A program made the position numbers and the translations under genes. The notes beneath the pieces are model-generated. The model made no database searches. It saw nothing but the letters and a program-made list of their open reading frames with translations, and was not told the origin of the DNA. DNA of 64,000 bases from the human T2T-CHM13v2.0 reference genome, Homo sapiens. This document shows, piece by piece, positions 53,875 to 64,000 of this stretch. Location of the stretch: NCBI RefSeq assembly GCF_009914755.1, contig NC_060926.1. One strand, written 5' to 3'. Each line of letters begins with the position of its first letter. Position 1 is the first letter of the stretch.

Positions 53875-54680
53875 TCATTTATTCAATATTAACTAAGTGT
53901 CTTGTAGATGGCAGGCCATATTCTAAACTCTAGAATAACACATTGAACCAAGTAGCCAAATCTTTTACCCTCATGGAGCCTGCATTTCAAAAAGGGTTAA
54001 GATAGGTATTATAAAGATTGAACAAAAAGAAAAAAAAAATAATGAAAAAATCAGGAGTCCTGCAAAAGGCTAGGATCTCTATGTCATACATACAAGTCAG
54101 GGAAGGCATCTCTACCTTAATTTGGTGACAGAAGCAAATGCTTGGAGGTAGTGAGGGAATAAGTCATTTTGACATCTGGGGGAACAATGATCCATGAAGG
54201 GGACGAGCAAGTCCCCTTTGCTAGTTCCAGGAAGAGCAAGGCCATTAGTTTGACCAGAGCCATGTCTGTGACAGGGAGAATGGTAGGAGGGGAAATGAGA
54301 AGACTGGTGTGGAAACAATTATGTAGGAACTTTTAAGGAACTTAGCTTTTCACACTGAAAAACATGTAAGCCATCAGATAATTTTAAAAAGTAGAAGGAC
54401 CTGATCTCACATGCTTCACAGGGACACCCTGCTGTATGCACTATATCAGAGGACCAGAGTGGAAGCAGGAAATCCAGGGAGGAGGCTACTAGAGTCACCC
54501 AGACGACAGATGATTGCGATGTGAAAGGAGTTGTGGTGGAGATAGCAAAATATGGTCAAATTTTGGAGCATTTACAGCTAAAAGTATTTGCTGAAATATT
54601 GGATGTACATGCGTAATACAGACAAGCAGAAGATAATTCCAGAGATTTGGGTCTGAAAACTAGAGCAAAAAATGTACTTC
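53875..54680 (-). mobile_element. L2a
   Basis: tcatttattcaa...ccctcatggagcctgcatt...gtcagggaaggc...agagtggaagcaggaaatccagggaggaggctact. Confidence 0.8.
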
Positions 54681-55285
54681 ACAGATTATTTTAGTTAAAT
54701 GTTCCCATTCAAATATCCATCTATCTATCTATCCATCCACATAAATTGACATATTTCACTATACCCTTATTTGGGTGCTGTATACAATTAGTGTATTCTT
54801 TTTAATGGACGGCAACAACACAGTGATTTATATACAATTCTTTGTAGTAAATGTTGACTTCAATATCTATCTTACTTTTAAGCATATATCTGAATAATCT
54901 CTAGTTTTAATAGAATTGCATATGAATTTGTAGGTGTGTGTCATGAAAGATAATCATGATTTTTTAAATAATATTTTATTTTACCTTTTCCCTATCCAAT
55001 TTTTATGGCTCTTTTATGTTTTTTCTTATCTTAATGCATTGATTGGTACTAAAACAAAAAAAGAAGATTTTTATAACCTAATAAATCAATACAGGAAAAA
55101 TATATCTAGATGATAATATAAGAAGATAGTAAAAATTCTCATACTGCATTATAAATCATTATAAGCAAGAAAAAAGATAAATGCCTATCAATTACTATGT
55201 GCTTACATCATGCAATGGGCCATGCAATATACAAAAATCAAAGAGACCATCTTTGATATTACAAAACTTAAAACTAGTTGAGGTT

Positions 55286-55580
<295 letters not shown>

Positions 55581-56439
55581 AAAACAAGTTGAGGTTATGT
55601 AAAAGGAAATAATAAGAACTGATATATAATATGTTACTAACACTTATCTTTGGTACATTAATCATATGAGAATTTCTGTTCTTATCTCCATTTTACAAAT
55701 GAAGAATTTGTGTCTCAGATTATGAATCTGAGAATGACAACATGAATCAATAGAAGATTATATTGACTACCATGTGATCTAGTTCTCTGTGGTTCACAGA
55801 ATAATTGACATAGGATACCATAGGTGAGGCAGATCATTTAAGCCAGGATAATTCAGGCAAACATCGAAGAGGGAGAGATTACAATATTTTTCAGAAGAAC
55901 CATAATTTCAATGAGACTGTACCATAATATGTAAAAAAAGATTAATATTAATTGTAGCCTTGTAGCCTTGTAATATTAATTGTAGCCTTGTAATTAATTG
56001 TAATTGTAGTCCCGGTTTCCTCTCCTGTGTCTTCTAATTTTTGGATGTTAGACTTTTGCCAATCATTAGTTCTGAGACTCGTTTGCTTTAACCATTATAT
56101 CAGATGAAATGTCTGTATTACACTGATGTTATAAAAATTAAATAGGTAATATATTTAAAAATATTGCAATGTGAAAAAGAAAGAGCATGTTGAGGAAGGA
56201 AAAATATATAAAGTAAAGCTTGGAAGAAATAAGTGTAAAAAGTGAATATCACATGTTGAGGGCAGCACAAAGACAACAGCCCCAGTGGAGAATGAACTGT
56301 ATGCTCCCCCATTCTCTAATTTGCAAGAGGAACATTTACTGCATATTTTGATAAATGGATCAGAGTCTGTAACTCAGAACATGCAGAGACTATTGTGATT
56401 CAAGATGATGAGAGCTATCACAGTTAGATGCCTGGAAAT

Positions 56440-57600
<1,161 letters not shown>

Positions 57601-57608
57601 AATACTGT

Positions 57609-58015
57609 CTTAGTGGCCACCATCCCCTCCCTCTCAAATAGGCACACACATAGTAGTTCTTCATTCAGAACTCATGATCATGTGTTTCACACTAATTAAA
57701 CAGAATGTATCTTAATTATATATTAGCATTGGAGATATTACTATAAAACATCCACATTTATTATGCCACAACTCATAATTCACTGTGTTCCATAACTAAG
57801 GATTGTATAACTGAGATTTCTATAGCCCCACAGAGTTTATTTTCACGTGGTGGTCTAGCTCTTCTTACACATAGTTTAATGTTTTTATGAAATTCAAGCA
57901 GCAGTTATTTTAATGACTTCAAAATTATGTACAAATCATACAGCTAATATGATGGGACCAAGATTTAAAATTAACTTTTGAGAATAACAAAAACCTAAAG
58001 GCAAATTACTTTAAT
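57609..58015 (+). repeat. Local dispersed direct duplication, copy A (inferred derived copy)
   Basis: Aligns end to end with 59965-60383 (about 31 substitutions, one 4-bp indel and one block replacement by manual count). Flanked by aatactgt at 57601-08 and 58022-29. Confidence 0.95.
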
Positions 58016-59272
58016 TAATTTAATACTGTGTGTTACGATTTTGCAAGGAAAAACTGATGGTAGTTGGGAGGATTCTTAATTAATGTGCTTTTTTTTTTAA
58101 TTAGCGTGTTTGAAATTTTGAGAGACTGAGCAAAAATAGAAACTATAGAAAGGCAGATGATGCAAATGGAAGGAAATAAAGTAATGCTACTGTGAGTGCA
58201 GGTCTTGACCAAAAAAACAAAATGACAATAAAAGCCATAACCTGATAATCTGCAAATGGATGCTTCAAATGATCACTATCCCACATGCATTAGGTGGGAA
58301 GACATGTTTAAATTTATTACTTATTGTTTAGCAGTGCCTGCTATGCACTAGTTCTAGGGAAAGCTTTCATTGTCTCCAATTTACCCTGGACTTTCAGAGG
58401 ATTTAACTAATTTTTCTCAGTCCACCTACAGTGTAGCAGAAGAGCTGGAATTTCAGACTTTTATGTCTGTGGTTCCAAAGGCTTTCCTCCCTATTCTTCA
58501 TCTAATGAAGACAGACTACGTGTAAGGCACAAAGCAGAATAAGTAAAATAAAATGTGTATTACAAGAAAGGAAAGAGAATGAAATGAAGAAGATGGTGGA
58601 GAAAGAAAAAGATTGAGTGTCAAATTTTTCTTTCTTCAATTACAAAACAAACATCAATGACAGTAGGAAGTCACAACCTTTGACAAAAAAATACATGCAT
58701 TCAGGCATATGTATAAATATATAATATGACTTACAGACACATAGACCCACAACATCACACGGAGTTCCTTTTTCTGCTTTATTTGTTTACCAGAGATTTG
58801 TCTCAAGAGTGATTCTGGAAATTGGCTGTGTCTAAAATGTTTCTATGTTCTTTAGTAAATGTTTCAAATTAATTCTGAAGGATTAAAAAAGATAGAATAA
58901 ATTAGTCTCTGAGATAATTGTAATTTAAAAATAAGTTATTCTGTTTGTGTGGATATAATTATTGGCCAGAATTATTTATTTATTGGCCAGAATAATGTAT
59001 TTCTTAACATTTTTATATCTCAAAATTTCAGTGGGTTTGCTAATAGTATTATGACTAAGGCCTTCCTTAGCCCATCCTCCTCCACTGTTATTCTCCTCAT
59101 CTTCAGGAGCCATATATGACCTTGGCAAGAATTTGCAATTCTATCTTCTGGATGTGGTGGCATTCTATAGTATGTGACTAGAGATAGTAAGAAATAGTCC
59201 TCTGGAATATTCACACTGGGGAAGGGCACAATATGAGCTATAGGTAAAACTTTGCCGATGCTAGTAAAAACT

Positions 59273-59311
59273 ATATATGTGTGTATATATATATGTGTGT
59301 ATATATATATG
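59273..59311. repeat. (TA)n/(TG)n compound microsatellite
   Basis: atatatgtgtgtatatatatatgtgtgtatatatatatg. Confidence 0.9.
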
Positions 59312-59964
59312 TTGCTCCCATGGATAGAAAGGGGGAAAAGGATAGCTTCTTCTTTGTGTTGTTCTTAACATCTTAATACGAAGAGCCCTAAACTGAATTT
59401 GTTCTCACAACTTGCCTTTTTTTCAGGGAGAAATAACTGACCAATTCTCAGTGACTCGGCAGCCCGTAGCTTACATCAAAATTTGTCTAATTTGTTTCCT
59501 ATTGCAAATCAGTCTAGGTCTAAGTTTGAGGAACATCAGCCAGATTTTCTCTGATGCTGCTACCCATTGGATGCCTTCATCACTAAAGGTCCAAAACTAG
59601 AGAGTCACAGGGACCAGAGAAGTTAGCCCAAAAAATAAATATTTATGATTTCTGTTATTCCCTGGTCCATAATCTCATAGGAGAACACAGACTTACACAT
59701 ATCTAGGTTTAAACATTACAGCTAAATTTTCAATTGGTCATTAGTAACTGATAACAATCTCTATAAGTACTCACTTTCTTAATTGTCTCATTTCACCTTC
59801 ACAATTATTATGTTAATCCAGTGAATAGGATGATATGAAAAGGAATGAACATATCCTCATCACACAAAGCAGAGGAAATCTATTAAATTAGGCAATTTGC
59901 AGCCAAAACAGTATATCTGAGAAAACACTCAGCTTATCATATTGGTCAGCCCAGCCTTTTGTTT

Positions 59965-60383
59965 CTTAGCAGCCACCATCCCCTCCCTCTCAAATAGGCA
60001 CACACATACTAGTTCCTCATTCAGAACTCATGACAATGTGTTTCACACTAATTAAACACAATGTATCCTAATTATATATTGGCATTGGAGATATTACTAT
60101 AAAACATCCAGAGCAATTGTCATCACTTGCCACAACTCATAATTCACCGTGTTCTGTAGCTAAGGATTGTATAACCTGGATTTTTATAGCCCCACAGACA
60201 GAGTTTATTTTGACGTGGTGATCTAGCTCTTCTTACACATGGTTTAATGTTTTTATGAAATTCAAATAGCAGTTATTTTAATGACTTCAAAATTATGCAC
60301 TGATCATACAACTAATATGATGCGACCAAGATTCACAATTAAGTTTGGAGAATAACAAAAACCTAAAGGCAAATTACTTTAAT
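59965..60383 (+). repeat. Local dispersed direct duplication, copy B (inferred source)
   Basis: cttagcagccaccatcccctccctctcaaataggcacacac...aacctaaaggcaaattactttaat matches 57609-58015. Confidence 0.95.
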
Positions 60384-60419
60384 AATGAGAAATTCACAGG
60401 GGAAAGAAGAATAAATAAA

Positions 60420-60585
60420 CTAACATTTATTGAATTGCTACTGCATGCTTAACACTGGTTGAATGTTTTATATCCCTGTGATTTTTTGTTTTAATTGCCA
60501 AGTTCATTTCTGTCTCGGAAACTTAGCAATTGATTGTGATCATACGGCTGGACCAGTTCTCAGATCTTTAGATCTCTAATCCCAC
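60420..60585 (-). mobile_element. MIR fragment
   Basis: aacatttattgaattgctactgcatgc...gatcatacggct. Confidence 0.5.
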
Positions 60586-63019
60586 TCACTCCATGTGTGC
60601 CCAATATAAATAGGTATTATGCTCTCTATTCCAGTTTTTCCCACCCTAGCATGTCTTTAAACTTTATTCTCAGTGTTTTATAATGTTTAATTACGTTTGT
60701 GTCTGTTTGCCTACTATACATAGTTTGTCCCTACTGGCCCGTAAACTCCCAAAGGTATGGGACCCTCTACAACGTAGTCAGGACAAGCTTTGCTCAAATA
60801 TGTCCTGAATGAATATTTCTGGACTATCAAATGCAACAATTATAACAATCTCATAGATAAACATTATAATTCACAGATGAGGAAACTGAGTGGTATAGAG
60901 TAAATAATTTCTCTAATTCTATCCATTATTTGCAAATAGTGTAAAATCACTGTTAATATGGGACTGCCTGGATTGAAATTCATTGCTTCCCAATATGATA
61001 AGGTCCATGGATATCATAGTACCCTTCGGCTCAGACCATAAAGGAGCCCCAAACTTTGTTAAATAATTAGAGAAAGAACAAGGAGACTCAAGGAGTTGAG
61101 GAGAAAACATTTTAAATACCTTGAATCCTGTGGGGTAGGGTGGAATCTGTAGCAGGATGACAAGCTCAGAGTTTGTCTTAACTTTAAGCAAAAGCAGAAC
61201 TTCTCCGAGTCCAGTTGACTATCCAGTGGGGTTATCTGGTAGCATTATTTTTCCTTTTTTCTCTACAAAATGGAATTATTGCAAATGTCAGGAGATTTCT
61301 GTTTTAACCAAGGCAAGGTGCAAGTCATTCATTGTTAATCAAATGGACACAGAAGTCAGTACAATTGGGAGAAAATTATGTTTTATGTCATGGAGAATTG
61401 GTATCTGATAATGATGTTCAAATGTCATCCTCCATTTGTGTGGCAGATAAAGAAATATATTCTTTTTCAATTTGGAGCCCTTGCTATCTTTTGGTCTCCA
61501 GAAAAGGGAAGCACAAATAATGCTTAACAAATTTAATCCTTCCCAAAGAAGATCTACTCCACATTAAAACTACTCTCAGATATGAATACATCTGAATAAA
61601 AATAAAATAGAAAAACACAAACAGAAACACAAAAGCATCTGGTATGAGTATACTTCAAAACAAATAGGAGAATAATTCTATTTGAGAAAAGTAAGATGGG
61701 CTACATTATCACCTAATGATTTCACATATAGAAATAAATGTTTTGAAGTAATTAAAATTTAAAGAAGGAAAATTCTAACAGAATAAATAAGAATAATTCT
61801 AAGGATAATCTATGCATTAACCAGGTTTAATTCATTTGTGTACAAACTATACCCAGCTGTATGCTCAGCCTCTGCACCCAAATATTCTATGCTAATCTCT
61901 CCTCTCTGTCAGGCATCGGATTTTGAATGACATGTTGGTCAGCTTGCATAATTTCCAAGTAGCTTTCAGTGGCTAAAACCTGCCCCATTAAAAGTCTACA
62001 TTCATGGAAAAACCAGAGTTCACCCTCCTACTCCTCATAGTCACTACTCAGAAAAGAACAACTTAATTGGGTAGCTTTTGTGTTCCTCCTGTAGACTAAG
62101 TGGGATCATGGTTAGCTTCCTCTCACATCCCTTTTGCTTGCAATACTTACATAGCTGTCTTGTATTTGGCAGGGGGAAGAGGATATCTATTTCACCACCT
62201 CATGAGTCCTCTTTCTGTTTCTTGATGCTTGTTCTCTGAGCAATACAGATTGACCACTGATGATTTCTATGTGACTGATTTCTAAATGCAGACTCTCTTG
62301 TGGGAGGTATGTGCAAAACATGTGGATTTTCTTTGGGAGTTCTCCCAAGTACACACTTCTCTGAAGAAGAAAACTTGCTGCAGCAAGACTTCTTAAGTAT
62401 GATACTAGTAGAGGTTTTAGGACAGCTACTTATTCTACAGTCCAATTGACCCACTAGAAAGCATTCAGTGTAGATCTACCAAATAAAAAGAAGGCAGGTT
62501 GATTGACTATCATGGTTTTGCTATTGTCTTCACACAATCACAGTAGATGCAAAGCTGATCAATACAGCTGCGGCTTCAGTTGGTCTTGTCCAACAGGAGG
62601 ATGAGATACCAATCTTCTTTACATTGCAGGTACTCCCAGGTCCTACTAATGAGTTTCTCAGAACAACTTTCACTTGAATTTTTAGGAGAAAAAAAAAAAA
62701 AAAAGCTTTTCTGCCAGCCTGAGAACACTCTTTGGTGTGAACATGTTTTGTTTTCATCTACAAAATCAGCAACACTACATGTTTAATGAATCCTACCATT
62801 GGGAAGGAATTGTATTAGTACACAGATGACATATGTGTAGGAGAAAATACAACATATCAGTGGGGAATTATTAATAAAGAATTACCAAAAAATTAGGAAG
62901 GTAAAAATTTAGAGGGAAAGGAAATTATGGCTTGAAAAACAGAGAAATTTTAGAGTGGGCAATATATTGACTCTGCTGTGAAAAAGCAAACTTCTCTCAA
63001 GAAAGTCAGTTCATTAAAG

Positions 63020-63218
63020 GCAGAGACAAATTTTCTGTAAATGGCCAAATAGTAAATATTTTAGACGTTATGGGCCACATATGGTCTCTGTCACATAGTA
63101 TTTTTTTTCTACAGCCTTTACAAATGTAAAGAAAGATAATTCTTAGCTTAACAGCCCTACAAAAATAGGCAACAGATAGGATTTGGCATGTGGGCCAGTC
63201 ATAGTTTGCAAATCTTGC
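63020..63218 (+). mobile_element. MER58C-like (hAT-Charlie MITE)
   Basis: ttttctgtaaatggccaaatagtaaatattttag...gggccacatatggtctctgtc...ttcttagct...ggatttggc..tgggcc..tagtttgc. Strand is nominal. Confidence 0.85.
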
Positions 63219-63497
63219 CTTGCGAGAGAAGATATTTAAAGCTATCAGATGTATCATGTTTATCATAAGAGAAAAATATTTTGTTTTTTATAAAATTGAT
63301 ATTACATTCAAGTATGTTGGCATTATTGACACTCTAGTGGCAAATTTATTCTTCAATGAGAGAGAGGGCGCATTGTTTAGAGCACACCCTTCCACATTGT
63401 CTGATTCTGATTCTAACAGGAGCTTTGATAAACCCTGTGAGTTGTAGACATGCAAATGAATTCTGTCAGGTAGAAGGACAACCTTATTGACCTTCCC

Positions 63498-63530
63498 ACT
63501 CACCTGAAAACAAAACAGAAGCAAAAACAA
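63498..63530 (-). other. Juxtaposed 3' and 5' splice-site motif (recursive-splice-site-like)
   Basis: Minus strand reads ttgtttttgcttctgttttgttttCAG|GTGAGT, with the junction at 63504/63503. This is a motif only, with no transcript evidence. Confidence 0.35.
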
Positions 63531-64000
63531 TATAGTTTTTTCTTCATTTACACCTTTATTTTTAATATTTCTGCTCAATACATGCGTCTGTTTATAGCTT
63601 CTCCTCTTAGCCATCCGTAACATAACATTCTCTTTTGATTCATTGAAGCCTATGAAGAATAAATTTACTACCTGTAGTTTTCAGTGCCTACGATGAATAA
63701 AATAAACGTATTTTCAATAAAAAATCCTAATATGTCAATTGCTATCACACCTAGCTTCTAAGTCTGGGGTTTATCTGAAAGAAAATTCTGAAGTTAAAAA
63801 GTACAAAAACAAAATTCTGGCATAATGCCCAGCTACACCTTAACTTATTTATTTTACTGACTTATTTTTTAACACTCTGCTTAGTGAAAGAAATGCCAGG
63901 TGGGCAGCAGTAGGGAAAGTGAATTGCTTTGGACTGAAATGGATTTCCTGCCTCTTCCCAAACACTACCTTCTACATTATCAGAAACAGTTAAATGTCCT

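Noticed and set aside
57609-60383. The 410-bp direct repeats as paired LTRs of a 2.8-kb retroelement
   Set aside because: No TG...CA termini, primer-binding site or polypurine tract. The TSD brackets only copy A, not the pair.
63326-63346. Possible CTCF site (minus strand ccactagagtgtca)
   Set aside because: It mismatches the invariant GGC of the core. Similar partial matches near 32146 and 62451 are also too weak.
62200-63623. ORFs of 68-111 aa near the window end as exons
   Set aside because: No recognisable domain, one is MER58-derived, and the lengths are within chance expectation.

Overview
AT-rich, repeat-dense primate (human-like) non-coding DNA, either gene desert or the interior of a very long intron. 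I find no supportable protein-coding exon, RNA gene, CpG-island promoter or CRISPR array. The ORFs I can recognise come from decayed L1 ORF1/ORF2, Alu, LTR or Tigger1 sequence, and the rest look like chance. The window holds L1PA/L1M pieces, about 13 Alus or Alu fragments, solo LTRs (two THE1, LTR1, a MER4-group LTR), a near-complete Tigger1, a near-full-length HSMAR2, hAT MITEs (MER30, MER45A, MER94, MER58C) and ancient MIR/L2/L3 fragments. Subfamily names come from recalled consensus sequences, not from a search. The most notable structures are: (1) a ~410-bp segment copied 2.36 kb away into an 8-bp target-site duplication (TSD), with no poly(A) or terminal inverted repeats (TIRs); (2) a tailless ~100-bp L1 ORF1 fragment inside a perfect 17-bp TSD; (3) a minus-strand polypyrimidine-CAG|GTGAGT motif resembling a recursive splice site; (4) a nested LTR/Alu stack with readable TSDs; (5) a repeat-free block resembling a developmental enhancer. 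I cannot support a new biological system from this sequence alone.
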